Below are positions 1 through 14,665 of a DNA stretch of 64,000 nt, piece after piece. The position numbers were made by a program, and so were the translations under genes. A model generated the notes under the pieces. That model worked only from the letters and a program-made list of their open reading frames with translations. It was not told the origin of the DNA and made no database searches. Origin of the DNA: an uncultured Gammaproteobacteria bacterium. Its GTDB lineage: Bacteria > Pseudomonadota > Gammaproteobacteria > DRLM01. Location of the stretch: contig CAVSNY010000007.1 of assembly GCA_963729605.1 (NCBI GenBank), forward strand, positions 256,001 to 320,000. The letters are read 5' to 3'. Position 1 is the first letter of the stretch; every line of letters starts with the position of its first letter.

Positions 1-1675
1 GCTGCTGTTTGATCCAGTCGGGGACGCTGCTCACCGTGGCACGCAGTTCGTCATTACCCCAGTAAGCCATCGCGAAACCGACGCTTAACAATAACAAGGC
101 CATGGCCGCGAGGCCGCTGCGACGCCCCAGCGACATGCGGTCGGGTGAACTTTGCGGATGGGTCGCGGCCGCGGGTTGGAAGACCTTGCGCAGCCCAGCC
201 GGGCCGAAGCTGAAATCCTGTTTGGCGGAAGGGGCTTGAGGCCCGGCTTGATTCCGTCCGCCGAAGGCGATGTGCACCGGGTCTTCGTCGTTGCTGGCGA
301 GCGAGAGTTTGGCGCCTTTGAGGTGATTGTCCACCGTGGTGAAAAGGCGCACGTCCTCGAAACCCTGGATGGAATTGTCCTGGGCCTGATTTAAATACAT
401 GTCGCTGGGGGTGAACAGCGAGTCGATCTGCCGGTCGTCGCGCAGACCGATGGTATTGCGCCACAGCGCCTCCTCGGAGACCCACGCGAAGTTGACCGAT
501 GATTTTTCTTGTCCGGCCGGGGCCGCGTGAACGCGCGGCGACGCTGCGGGATGATCGCCGTCGGGGAACGTCAGCACCGAACGTTCTTCGTGGTCCGCGC
601 GCGCGGTATCGCCCGCTTCGCGATAGTGATGGATGACGCGTTTCATGCGATGGCGCGGCACGCTGTTGAGTCCGCCTTTCAGCACGTAGGCATCCAGGCC
701 TTGCTGCAGGAGCAGAAAGGCGGCCGCGGTGCTGAAGTTGCCGGTGTTGGAATACACCACATAGGATTGGCGGGGATCGAAGCGGTTGGCCTTGAGGCGC
801 AGCACCGGCATGGGCATGTTGAGGCTGCCGATCAGGCCGTCGGTTTCGAATTCCTCTTGCGAACGGACGTCCACCAGCACCGTATTGGGCCGGGCCATGG
901 CCTCCTCGAAAGGCATGTGGCGGAGCAGCGGGTTGGCCAGCAAGTCGATGAAATCTTCCTTGGACAGACGTAACAGCGTGCCGTCCTCGATCATGGTGAT
1001 GGAGGCGTTGCGGGTCGCGTCGGTGATGAGCGCCTCTTCACCGAAACCCTGCCCTTCGCGGAGCTCGGCCAACTTGACATCGCGCGCCCGCGGCGCGGGG
1101 CGGCGGGAGACGCTGCAGCGGCCTTTTTTGATGACGTAGTAACAGTCGGCGATGCCGTCCTGATGGATGATGACTTGGCCGGCTTGGGTCTGGATTTCCT
1201 CCATGCGTCGCAACAAGACCTCGATATTGGCGTGCGGCATGTGGCGGAATAGGGGCGACTGCAGCCATCTGGTCTTCCACACACCGCCCGAGCGATCGGC
1301 GGCTTCGGCGTTCTCCGGGGCGGCGTGGTTCAGCAGATCGGAGATGTCGGCGTTGATGATCAGCAACCGGACGCGGGTCAGGGCGCGGGCGGTGACGGTG
1401 CGGGGCAGGTGATGGGCCAGCGGGTAGCGGGCGGTCTCCGTGTCGGCCCGCACCCGTTCTTCGGCGGACAAGGGCGAGGTCAACGCGATGTCGCCTTCCA
1501 GCAGATAAATCGTGGTCCGCGCCGCGTCGCCACGTTCGAACAGGGTGTGTCCGGCGGGGAGAATATGTTCTTTTGCATTCCGCAGGAGTTGTTCGAGGGC
1601 AGGCCGGCTAAAGTCGCCGAGCGGGATGAGGTTTTGAAGTAACGCGTCGTCGATCTGCTTGCGTGCTGTGGCCAT
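1..1675 (-). CDS. Tandem cyclic-nucleotide-binding domains + rhodanese-like domain + TM segment; runs off the left edge
   Basis: Read manually because it is absent from the ORF track (open at the window edge). ATG at 1675 gives MATARKQIDDALLQNLIPL..., with cNMP motif GQGFGEEALITDATRNAS, rhodanese-like LVDVRSQEEF...VVYSNTG...YVLKGGL and hydrophobic AAMALLLLSVGFAMAYW. No stop before position 1. Confidence 0.85.
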   Translation of the reverse strand, partial: MATARKQIDDALLQNLIPLGDFSRPALEQLLRNAKEHILPAGHTLFERGDAARTTIYLLEGDIALTSPLSAEERVRADTETARYPLAHHLPRTVTARALTRVRLLIINADISDLLNHAAPENAEAADRSGGVWKTRWLQSPLFRHMPHANIEVLLRRMEEIQTQAGQVIIHQDGIADCYYVIKKGRCSVSRRPAPRARDVKLAELREGQGFGEEALITDATRNASITMIEDGTLLRLSKEDFIDLLANPLLRHMPFEEAMARPNTVLVDVRSQEEFETDGLIGSLNMPMPVLRLKANRFDPRQSYVVYSNTGNFSTAAAFLLLQQGLDAYVLKGGLNSVPRHRMKRVIHHYREAGDTARADHEERSVLTFPDGDHPAASPRVHAAPAGQEKSSVNFAWVSEEALWRNTIGLRDDRQIDSLFTPSDMYLNQAQDNSIQGFEDVRLFTTVDNHLKGAKLSLASNDEDPVHIAFGGRNQAGPQAPSAKQDFSFGPAGLRKVFQPAAATHPQSSPDRMSLGRRSGLAAMALLLLSVGFAMAYWGNDELRATVSSVPDWIKQQ

Positions 1676-2108
1676 GATGACTGTACCGCCTTAAGTGAGG
1701 GTTTGCCGTTGCCGGTGTTTCGCCGCGGCGGGCCCTGTGGTCATACCCCTGTTTTCGGGAAGAGTGGGCCGGAGCGTGAGGCGCGAGTGTGACCGGCTTC
1801 ACAGGGCTTGTGCCAAGGAGCCCGCGAACCGGAGAGATTCTCTTGTTCGCGGGGGTCGCGGCGAGATTTTTGACGCGTCAGTCCTTGTGGATCGCCGTAA
1901 ATCAAAGATCGCCCGGCGCGTTATGATGTCTTGGTTCTAAATCTAAGGAACCTTGGATTTATTTCTGCGGTGCCGGGGTGTACCGCCCTTTTCAAGGGTG
2001 TTAGCCGTTGAAAATGCCCGGTCTGAAAATTCCAGGATGGAATTATTCAGCTTTCTTAAATTACGCGGATGGGTTGGCGATGGACGCGATGCGATGGGTT
2101 ACAACAAG

Positions 2109-2639
2109 ATGAGCGATGAACGGATACGGGTAGCCTTGTTGTCCGATACCCACGGCGAGCTGGACCCGCGAGTGGCTGGCGCGGTCGCTGCTTGTGATTA
2201 TGCGCTGCATGCCGGCGACGTCGGCGCGGCGGCGGTGTTGCGCGCCTTGCGGCCGCGCCGGCGGGTGATCGCGGTGCGGGGCAACAACGATACGCCGGCG
2301 CATTGGCCGGCGGACGAGGCCGTGCTGTTGGCGGCCCTGCCGGAGGAAGCGATATTGACCCTGCCGGGCGGACAGGTGGCGGTGATCCATGGCCATCAGG
2401 CGGGTGAGCCCGTCCGTCGTCATGAAAATTTGCGTCGGCGTTTTCCCGAGGCGCGGCTGGTGGTCTATGGCCACAGCCATCGACGCTTGATCGACCAAAG
2501 CCGGACGCCCTGGGTCATCAACCCCGGCGCGGCGGGCAGGTCGCGCACCTACGGCGGCCCCTCCTTGGTGATTCTGGAAGCGGACCTGGCGGATTGGCGG
2601 GTGGAGGCGCTGTGTTTCAGCGGGCCGCCCGGGGCTTGA
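2109..2639 (+). CDS. Metallophosphoesterase family protein (YfcE/MJ0936-like)
   Basis: Motifs LSDTHG, HAGD, VRGNND, IHGH, YGHSH, NPG; start placed at MSDERIRVALLSD. Confidence 0.9.
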   Translation: MSDERIRVALLSDTHGELDPRVAGAVAACDYALHAGDVGAAAVLRALRPRRRVIAVRGNNDTPAHWPADEAVLLAALPEEAILTLPGGQVAVIHGHQAGEPVRRHENLRRRFPEARLVVYGHSHRRLIDQSRTPWVINPGAAGRSRTYGGPSLVILEADLADWRVEALCFSGPPGA

Positions 2640-2797
2640 GCGGGAAACACAAAGAAAGCGAGCCGCCAAGGCGTCAAGGGGAGGTCATTGATAAAGATTT
2701 TTTTTGGCGTGCCGGGCGCCTTGGCGGTTCAAGTTAAGGCCCTGAGCGCGGCTACGGATCACCGGGATCGCGGCGTCGCGTCGCCGGGCCTGCCCGC

Positions 2798-3877
2798 TCA
2801 GCGGTTTTTGGTGGAAGCGGCCCGCTGTTTGCGCGAGACGGCGGCCGGTTTGGCCTGCGGCAGTGTCGCGCAGCCCTCGATCAAGGTGAGTTTCACTTGG
2901 TTGCGCCCGGCCTGTTTGGCTTGATAGAGCGACTGGTCGGCCTGCAAAGTAATGTCTTGCCAGCTGGCGCAGCGGGCGTGGGCCCCCTCCAGATACCCGA
3001 TGCCCCCGCTCATGGTGACGTAGCGGTGGGGATTGGTGTCGTGGCGGATTTGCAATTCGGCGAGCCCGGTCACCAGACGCTCGGCCATGATCCGCGCGCC
3101 CTCCGCGGTGGTTTCCGGCAGGAGCAGCAGCAATTCTTCGCCGCCGTAGCGATAGAGCCGGTCGGCGGTGCGGATGCGGCTTTGGACGAAGCGGCAGACC
3201 TGAATGAGGGCCTGATCGCCGGCGGGATGCCCGTAATGGTCGTTATAGTTTTTGAAGAAGTCGATGTCGAACAAGGCTACGGCGTAAGGCCGTTTGTAGC
3301 GCTGGGCGGTGGCGTGGGTGTGGTCAAGATCGGCTTCCATGGCCCGCCGATTGCCGATGCCGAGCAGGCCGTCTTCCAGCGACAGGGCCCGCAGTTTCTC
3401 GTTGGCCTTTTCCAGTTCCTGGGTCCGTTCGTTGACCAGCTTTTCGATGAGTTCGCGGTGTTGCTCGATCAAGACCAGGTGCGCCCGCATCATGTCGGAC
3501 TGGGTGATCAGGCCGCACAGCTGGTCTTGGTCGTTGACCACCGGCAGGTGGCGAATGCCGCGCGCCCGCGCGATCACCAGGGCCTCGAACAGGCTGGCCG
3601 ATTCCTTGATGACGATGGGCGGATATGACATGCATTGCGCGGCGCGCATATCCGCGTGGACGGTTTTCTGGGCGAAGATTTCCGAGAGGATGCGCACCAT
3701 GTCGCGTTCGGTGATGATGCCGACCGGGCTGTTGTTTTCGGCCACCACCATGCAGGAATAGCGGTTGTCACGCATTTTATGGATCACATCTATCATCAGC
3801 GTATCCGGTGCGACGCAAACGATATTCTTATTCATTACCGCGGTGATTAAGCTTTGCTCGCTGGTAGGCGTGGTCAT
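2798..3877 (-). CDS. Diguanylate cyclase with N-terminal CBS pair
   Basis: Two CBS repeats, coiled coil, DIDFFKNYNDHYGH, RxxD I-site (RTAD) and RYGGEEL. Confidence 0.92.
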   Translation of the reverse strand: MTTPTSEQSLITAVMNKNIVCVAPDTLMIDVIHKMRDNRYSCMVVAENNSPVGIITERDMVRILSEIFAQKTVHADMRAAQCMSYPPIVIKESASLFEALVIARARGIRHLPVVNDQDQLCGLITQSDMMRAHLVLIEQHRELIEKLVNERTQELEKANEKLRALSLEDGLLGIGNRRAMEADLDHTHATAQRYKRPYAVALFDIDFFKNYNDHYGHPAGDQALIQVCRFVQSRIRTADRLYRYGGEELLLLLPETTAEGARIMAERLVTGLAELQIRHDTNPHRYVTMSGGIGYLEGAHARCASWQDITLQADQSLYQAKQAGRNQVKLTLIEGCATLPQAKPAAVSRKQRAASTKNR

Positions 3878-3996
3878 GGTCAGGGGCCGTTTTTCTAGTG
3901 TCCGGTCAGGTTATCGGTAGTAACGGTGAGGATTTGATAGCCGCCCTGGTTTTTTTATGGCTCGCCCGGAGGGAGGCTGAAAGTGGGTGGCCCGGC

Positions 3997-4788
3997 TCAG
4001 CGCAGCAGGCGCGCCCACCAGGGGCCGTTGCGCTTATGGAGGCGGTGGGCGAGTTTGCCGAGCGGAAGCCCACAGCGTTCTTCCAGGTCGGTTACCGCCG
4101 CCGGCAGCGGGGCCGCGCCGAGTTTGGGCAGGGGGTAGCGGGCGTTCAGGGTGATGACGTTGGCGGTGCCTTCGGAGGGGAGCTGCAAGGGGGGCGTGCC
4201 GAAACACCGCTGTAGATTGGCGAGGGTGTGTTTGTAGCGGGCGCGTTCCCGGCCCCACAAGTTGGTGACCAGCAAACCCCGCGGCGCGAGCCAGGCCCGG
4301 CAGGCCTCCAGAAAAGCCGGCTCTTCCGTGCCCGCCGCCATGCCCCGTTCGTCGTAGACGTCGAGCAGGATCAGGTCGTAAGCCTCGTCGGGCGGTTTTT
4401 GGATGAAGTGTCCGGCGTCTTCGATATGGACCCGCAGGCGCGGTACGTCCGGGAGTTGAAAATAGCCGAAGGCCAGTTTGGCCACGGCGGCCCGGTGTTC
4501 CACCGCGTGCACCTCGCATTCGGGAAAATGGCGGAGCAGAAACTTGGCCAGCGAACCGCCCCCCAAGCCGATGATCAGGACCCGGCCGGGCGCCGGTTGG
4601 AACAGCAGGCAACTCATCATGGCGCAGGTGTAGGCGAGCGCCAGGTGGTCGGGATGATGGTGGACCATGGCGCTTTGACGGATGTGGTTGCCGAAATGCA
4701 GGCTGCGGGTCAGGACGTCATCGACGATTTCCAGGCTGCCGTGCTCGTCGCGGGAGCGGTGGATCAGCGTGCCATGGTATTTACGCAT
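3997..4788 (-). CDS. Spermidine synthase-like SAM-dependent transferase
   Basis: LIIGLGGGSL, VE, IEDA, YDLILLDVYD, GLLVTNLW motifs. Confidence 0.85.
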   Translation of the reverse strand: MRKYHGTLIHRSRDEHGSLEIVDDVLTRSLHFGNHIRQSAMVHHHPDHLALAYTCAMMSCLLFQPAPGRVLIIGLGGGSLAKFLLRHFPECEVHAVEHRAAVAKLAFGYFQLPDVPRLRVHIEDAGHFIQKPPDEAYDLILLDVYDERGMAAGTEEPAFLEACRAWLAPRGLLVTNLWGRERARYKHTLANLQRCFGTPPLQLPSEGTANVITLNARYPLPKLGAAPLPAAVTDLEERCGLPLGKLAHRLHKRNGPWWARLLR

Positions 4789-4830
4789 TGCCCGATCAGG
4801 TGTGGAAACGGGAATTTGCGCGGTCGGGGT

Positions 4831-5127
4831 TCACGGCGCGTCGTCATCACCGCCGGGTATCTCTTGCATGCGCAGTTGATTGGCCTTGGCGAAGGCCAGC
4901 ACGTATTCATAGGCGGCCGGGTTTTCCTGGCGCAGCATCAGGTCCACCACCAGACACTTCCGACCGTTGATGATTTTGGGCTGTACGCCGCGCGCGTAAC
5001 GCAGGCGGTGGTCGGGACCGAAGGTGGCCAGGGTGGCGGAGATGCGTTCGATCCAGTCGCTGGGCCGGAACTGACTGCCATCTTCACGGATACCTTCGAT
5101 GATGAGCTTTTGAGTGGGTCGATTCAT
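4831..5127 (-). CDS. DUF3579 family protein
   Basis: IIEGIREDGSQFRPSDWIERIS signature; start taken at MNRPTQK. Confidence 0.8.
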   Translation of the reverse strand: MNRPTQKLIIEGIREDGSQFRPSDWIERISATLATFGPDHRLRYARGVQPKIINGRKCLVVDLMLRQENPAAYEYVLAFAKANQLRMQEIPGGDDDAP

Positions 5128-5517
5128 GTAACTGCTAATAATTCCGGATTTTTTGGCGTGGTGAGGGCGGCTCAAACTCAAGGCGGTCGGACCAGCGCCG
5201 AGGCAATAATAGTAGTCTAATGACGCGCTATTTTTGCACAAAATCATGGTGACTTGGACCGTAGACCGCAAAAAGAATTTTTTCGTGGTCCGCCGCGGCC
5301 GGCGCGGCGTGGCCTCGCGGGCCGCGAAACGCCCTTGGCGCGCGGCCCGGACGGGCGTTGACCTTGCCCGCGCTTAGGAGTATTCCTGTCGGCCTGACGC
5401 CAGCGGGGCCGGGTCTGCTTCAAACGCGGGACCGGCTCCGCCGACGACCTAAAGTTGTCATCGCTTTGGGCGACAAATGGGACAGGGAATCAATAATCAA
5501 GGCGGCTTGGACGAAGC

Positions 5518-8352
<2,835 letters not shown>

Positions 8353-8363
8353 AGGAAAAAATC

Positions 8364-9557
8364 ATGCGCATCGAAGTAAAAGTACCGGCCTTGCCCGAAT
8401 CGGTGGCCGACGCCACCCTCGCCAAATGGCACAAGCAAGCGGGGCAAAGCGTGCGCCGCGATGAAAATCTGGTGGACCTCGAAACCGACAAGGTGATGCT
8501 GGAGATCGTCGCGCCGCAGGACGGCGTGCTCGCCGAGATCAAGCAAGCCGACGGTGCGCTGGTGAAGGGCGGCGAAGTGGTGGCGGTGATCGACACCGAC
8601 GGCGCGGCGGCCGCGCCCTCCGCGCCGGCCGGTGCGCCTGCACCCGCTGCCGCACCGTTGGCGAAGACGGATACGGAAGCGCCGCCGTTGTCCCCCGCGG
8701 TGCGCAAACTGGTGGCGGAACAGGCGTTGAATCCCGCGCAGATTTCCGGCAGCGGCAAAGGCGGCCGGATCACCAAGGGTGATGTGATCCGCCATCTGGA
8801 ACAGCCCGCCGTGCCGACGCCGTCGCCGAGTGTCGCCGCCGCGCCGCCGCGCGGCGGGCGCAGCGAACAACGGGTACCCATGACCCGCTTGCGGGCGCGC
8901 ATCGCCGAACGTTTGGTCGAGGCGCAGCACACCGCCGCCATGCTCACCACCTTCAACGAGGTGAACATGCAGCCGGTGATGAATTTGCGCAAACGTTACC
9001 AGGACGATTTTCAAAAGAAGTACGGCAGCAAGCTGGGTTTCATGTCCTTCTTCATCAAGGCCGCGGTCGAGGCGCTCAAACAATATCCGGTGGTCAACGC
9101 CTCCATCGACGGCGGCGACGTGCTCTATCACAACTACTTCGACGTCGGCGTGGCGGTGAGCACGACGCGCGGCCTGGTGGTGCCCGTCATCCGCGACGCC
9201 GATATGTTGTCCTTCGCCGAATTGGAGCAGACCGTGGTGGACTACGCCAATCGCGGCCGCGACGGCAAACTCACCCTGGAAGAACTGACCGGCGGCACCT
9301 TCACCATCACCAACGGCGGCGTGTTCGGCTCGCTGTTGTCCACGCCCATCCTCAATCCGCCGCAGAGCGCGATCCTCGGTATGCACAAGATCGCCGAACG
9401 GGCGATGGTCGAGAACGGCCAGATCGTCGCGCGGCCCATGATGTATCTGGCGCTGTCCTACGATCACCGCCTGGTGGACGGCCACGACGCGGTGCGATTC
9501 CTGGTGACCATCAAGGACATGCTGGAAGATCCCGCGCGGCTGTTGTTGCAGGTGTGA
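8364..9557 (+). CDS. sucB: Dihydrolipoamide succinyltransferase E2
   Basis: Lipoyl domain ETDKV, E3-binding [10 protein letters not shown], catalytic YDHRLVDG. Confidence 0.98.
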   Translation: MRIEVKVPALPESVADATLAKWHKQAGQSVRRDENLVDLETDKVMLEIVAPQDGVLAEIKQADGALVKGGEVVAVIDTDGAAAAPSAPAGAPAPAAAPLAKTDTEAPPLSPAVRKLVAEQALNPAQISGSGKGGRITKGDVIRHLEQPAVPTPSPSVAAAPPRGGRSEQRVPMTRLRARIAERLVEAQHTAAMLTTFNEVNMQPVMNLRKRYQDDFQKKYGSKLGFMSFFIKAAVEALKQYPVVNASIDGGDVLYHNYFDVGVAVSTTRGLVVPVIRDADMLSFAELEQTVVDYANRGRDGKLTLEELTGGTFTITNGGVFGSLLSTPILNPPQSAILGMHKIAERAMVENGQIVARPMMYLALSYDHRLVDGHDAVRFLVTIKDMLEDPARLLLQV

Positions 9558-9659
9558 GGAGAACGGGCGAAGAATAACGGTGGATAGCTCGGAGCGGTAC
9601 TGATGAAGCACATCAACCCGATCGCGTTTCGCGGCTTGACCGCCCCGGCGGCGTGCGCC

Positions 9660-9897
9660 GCCACCCCTTCTTATTCAAGGAGGGTCTGCCCGATTGCAGC
9701 GGGGTGGCCTTGGGCGGGAGTTTTGTCCGTGTTGGTGAGGCGAGGCGCTTCGCTTCTCTCTCGGTCAGTGGTGCGAGGTGTTGCGTTTTTTTCTACGCCA
9801 GTGGTGCGAGGCGCGCCGTTTTCCCTGGCTGACCAGCGCATGACTTGGTTCCTCCCCTCCTCGATGAGGAGGGGTGCCCCGCAGGGGCGGGGTGGTG
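9660..9897. repeat. CCCCTCC-N-GGAGGGG palindromic (REP-like) element with short internal direct repeats
   Basis: CACCCCTTCTTATTCAAGGAGGG near 9662; CCCCTCCTCGATGAGGAGGGGTGCCCCGCAGGGGCGGGGTGGT near 9854-9896; CAGTGGTGCGAGG occurs twice. Related copies lie at 33886-34370 and 58735-59017. Confidence 0.7.
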
Positions 9898-10012
9898 AAG
9901 CGCGCGGCATGATTCGCGATTGTCTGAATGCTCTCTGGGTCTCCAAACGGGTGAATTCGAATTATCGGCGCTCACCCGTGCCCTGTGCTGACTGAGTAAA
10001 CGAGGATGTGGT

Positions 10013-11428
<1,416 letters not shown>

Positions 11429-11551
11429 GTTGAACCGATTCGTTGGCGTGATTATCGCCTCGGCGGGCATTCCGTAACGCGGCCGGCTTTGATTGAAGCA
11501 AAGTCCGCCGGTGTCGATATATCAGCTTAGGCCCCGCACGGCATCGCCAGC

Positions 11552-12391
11552 GTGAAGATAGAAAAGCAATTTCTCTCCGCCTTCCTCGAAGACCTCAACC
11601 GCAATCGCGTGGTATTGCCCACCTTGCCGGAGGTGGCGGTACAGGTGCGCAAGCTGGCCAACGACCCCGCCGTTACGGCGCGCCAGATGGCGCGTGTCTT
11701 GAGCACCGATCCGGCCTTGTCCGCCCGCCTGTTGAAGGTGGTGAACAGTACGGTGTTCCGCGGCCGCGAAAAGATCGAAAATATTCAAAACGCCGTGGCG
11801 CGGCTCGGCGCCCTGCAATTGCGCAATCTCGTCACCACCCTGGTGATGCAGCAGTTGTATCAGGCCAAAGGCACGCAACACACCCGGCAACGGTTGAAAG
11901 AGCTGTGGGTGCACAGCGCCAAGGTCGCGGCACTGAGTTACGTGATCGCCCAGCGTTTCACCCGTCTCGAACCGGATCAGGCGATGCTGAGCGGGTTGAT
12001 CCACGACATCGGCGTATTGCCCATCCTGCGGCGCGCCGAGGCCTATCCGCAGTTGGCCGGCGATCCGATCGCGCTCGAAGAGGTGATCAAACACCTGCAC
12101 GCCATCATCGGTCCGATCATTTTGGATGAATGGGGATTTTCGCCGGAGCTGGTGGCGGTGACGTCGCAACACGAAGATGTGTGGCGCAACGGCGGTCCCG
12201 AACTCGATTACGCCGATGTGGTGATCGTCGCCAATCTGCACAGCCATCTCGGCAGCGGCCATCGCCTGACCCAAATGGATTGGGGCGACATCCCCGCCTT
12301 CACCAAACTCGGACTCACGCCCAAAGAAAGCATCGCCACGCTCGACGCGGCGCGCGAAGAATTGCAGGAAGTCCGCAGCCTGTTCGTGTGA
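11552..12391 (+). CDS. HDOD domain protein
   Basis: LPTLPEVA, DPALSARLLKVVNS, LWVHS, GLIHDIG, W-x-F motifs; GTG start. Confidence 0.9.
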   Translation: MKIEKQFLSAFLEDLNRNRVVLPTLPEVAVQVRKLANDPAVTARQMARVLSTDPALSARLLKVVNSTVFRGREKIENIQNAVARLGALQLRNLVTTLVMQQLYQAKGTQHTRQRLKELWVHSAKVAALSYVIAQRFTRLEPDQAMLSGLIHDIGVLPILRRAEAYPQLAGDPIALEEVIKHLHAIIGPIILDEWGFSPELVAVTSQHEDVWRNGGPELDYADVVIVANLHSHLGSGHRLTQMDWGDIPAFTKLGLTPKESIATLDAAREELQEVRSLFV

Positions 12392-12453
12392 TCCTCGCCA
12401 CCCGCGCGTTTATCTGACGGCGCCGGCCTCAAATCCACCGCGCCCCGCGCCGA

Positions 12454-13284
12454 TCATTTTTGTCCCCGCTCCGCGCCCAGCGCCGCGACGATCTCGTTCA
12501 CCAGCGGTTTCATGAAGAAACTCTCCTCGGGCATCATGTCGATGCGGGCGCCGATGTTCCGCAAGGCCTCGGCGACGACGGGACCGACCGCGGCGACTTT
12601 GACGCGCGCCAGGCCGTTTTTGAGCTTGTCTTCAAGCTGATTGGCCTTGGCGACATCCTTGAGGCGAGTGACCTGTTGCATGCTGGTAAAGGCGATGACG
12701 TCGATCCCGCCCGACGCCAGCTGTTCGATCAACGCGACGACTTTGCCGGCGTCGGCCTGGTCGGCGTAGATGTAGGGCGCGACCGGATCGGGCGCGGCGC
12801 CGGCCTGCCTGATGACATCGATGAGCTTGAGACTGGGTTCGCTGCCATAGAGCTGCACGCCGATGCGGCGGCGGTGGAGATCGAGTTTGGCGAGCGCGGC
12901 GATGATGCCGTCGGTGGTGGGTTCCTCGGCGGCGAGATCGCTGCGCAAGCCGATGTCGCGCAGGGCCTTGGCCGGTTTGGGGCCGCGCGTGAGTTTGCGA
13001 ACCTCGCCGAGCCGATCAATGAACGCCTGTTTGAGGCCCGCCCGGTCGGCGAAACCGAGCAGGCGGCGCAGGCCCTCGCCGGTGAACAGAATCAAGTCAT
13101 CCATCTCACCATTGATGAAGCGCCGCAACCAAGCGAGTACCGGCGCGGGATCGGGGGCATCGAGGATGCTCACCAGCGGGCAGCGCAAGGTGGCGGCGCC
13201 GCGGCTTTCCAGCATCTGAGCGAAGAGGTCGAGTTCGCGGGTCTCCGGCAAGGCAATCATACGGCCGGTCAAGGGTAAGGACAT
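12454..13284 (-). CDS. hemD: Uroporphyrinogen-III synthase (HemD-like)
   Basis: LILFTGEG, RGPKP, IDVIAFTS, AAVGPVVAEAL motifs typical of HemD. Confidence 0.75.
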   Translation of the reverse strand: MSLPLTGRMIALPETRELDLFAQMLESRGAATLRCPLVSILDAPDPAPVLAWLRRFINGEMDDLILFTGEGLRRLLGFADRAGLKQAFIDRLGEVRKLTRGPKPAKALRDIGLRSDLAAEEPTTDGIIAALAKLDLHRRRIGVQLYGSEPSLKLIDVIRQAGAAPDPVAPYIYADQADAGKVVALIEQLASGGIDVIAFTSMQQVTRLKDVAKANQLEDKLKNGLARVKVAAVGPVVAEALRNIGARIDMMPEESFFMKPLVNEIVAALGAERGQK

Positions 13285-13688
13285 CGTAAATCTCCTGCTG
13301 TACTCATTAAGAAAATAATAGATATTCCCGATAACCAGTTCGCACCCCGAGCTGGCGTGGTGAGGATTCGCGGTATGGATATATTAAGCTTCAATCTTGC
13401 GGTGAATGCCAGTTCGAAGTGCGGCGCGATTTACCGAACCCGAGTTTTTTGAAAAAGGATTAGGCTTGATGTTTATTAAGTCGCGCTTAAAGGAACCGCC
13501 AAGGACGCCGGCGGACGAGGTGGTGAATGCGGCGAGAGCCTGCGAATGCGTCGCCTAACGCCAATAAATAAAACACCTTCATGCCTCACGCTACCGATAC
13601 CTCCTGCTCCATTGATACACCGCATCCTGCGCGTTAGAAGACAAAGAAATGCCATGACTGAAACACATCGGTAACCAGAGGATGCTGT

Positions 13689-14195
13689 ATGTCGAGCGAA
13701 GGGGAAAGAAAGTTTATTTATACCCTTATTGTCTGGCTAGTAGGTCTTATGCTGGCAAATGCAGGGTGTAGTTACCTTTCAGCATTGGACTGGAGCATCC
13801 TGGCGAGTATTCCGGCGATCGAGTCATATGCCAAAGCGACTGCGCCCGCTTATATGTGCACGGCGCGGGGAGCGTGGACGTATGCTTGGCTGGTTGCGCC
13901 ATTTTTTTTGGGTTGGCTGGTCTACCTTGGCCATCGCGAGCCCAGGGGTAAGCGCACTCCGGGTCAAAAATATTGGGGGGTGCTCTTTTGGATTGGCATG
14001 CTTGCGTTGATTTTTATGAGCGCATTTTTTGGAATGTATGATCCTTATCCAGGGACAGATAAGGGGACATGGGCGTCGATGTATAGAGAGTCTGAGCTGG
14101 GCGTGCTTATTGCCACTGCATCTATATGGGTGGGAGGGTTTTCGGTATTTTTAATGAGTGCGATTTGGTTGACTGAGCTTCTGAAGCTCAAATAG
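13689..14195 (+). CDS. Hypothetical AT-rich multi-TM membrane protein (orphan)
   Basis: 168-aa ORF with about 4 hydrophobic segments, GAGG upstream, and codon usage unlike its neighbours. Confidence 0.65.
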   Translation: MSSEGERKFIYTLIVWLVGLMLANAGCSYLSALDWSILASIPAIESYAKATAPAYMCTARGAWTYAWLVAPFFLGWLVYLGHREPRGKRTPGQKYWGVLFWIGMLALIFMSAFFGMYDPYPGTDKGTWASMYRESELGVLIATASIWVGGFSVFLMSAIWLTELLKLK

Positions 14196-14238
14196 CGAGC
14201 GCAGCACACGCTACTCGCTGAAGGCTTGTCCAGCCCGC

Positions 14239-14370
14239 GTAGGGCGCAATAACCGAAGGCATTGCGCCGCATGTGGGACAACCTTCACCATCGCCACGCG
14301 CATAACCCACCCATCAATCCCTGCCGTTTCCATCCTGGGCAATACGGCTATCGCCTATTTGACGCCCTAC
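14239..14370. repeat. GTAG-type REP doublet (inverted pair)
   Basis: GTAGGGCGCAAT-AACCGAAGGC-ATTGCGCC ... GGCAATACGGCTATCGCCTATTTGACGCCCTAC. Confidence 0.7.
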
Positions 14371-14665
14371 CAGTGCGCCTTACGCGCGTTGTGTTGCAGG
14401 CCGCAGCAGAATCCGGGACAAGGTGACGCCTCTTTGATTCTTAGCCAAGCAATCTCGCCAGAGAGGCGATTTTCCTGAGACGACGTTTTCTGCGACGACA
14501 CCGTATTTGAGAACCTTATGGAAACCGGCGCAATGTGGAGCGTTATGCACGCTTGCGCCTGACCATTTGGCGAGTGCGGTAAACAAGACACGTGATTAAA
14601 TGGGTGCCATCCGGAGGGATGGCGCTTTATTTATGGACTCAACAAATCTAATACCAATGAGCAAG

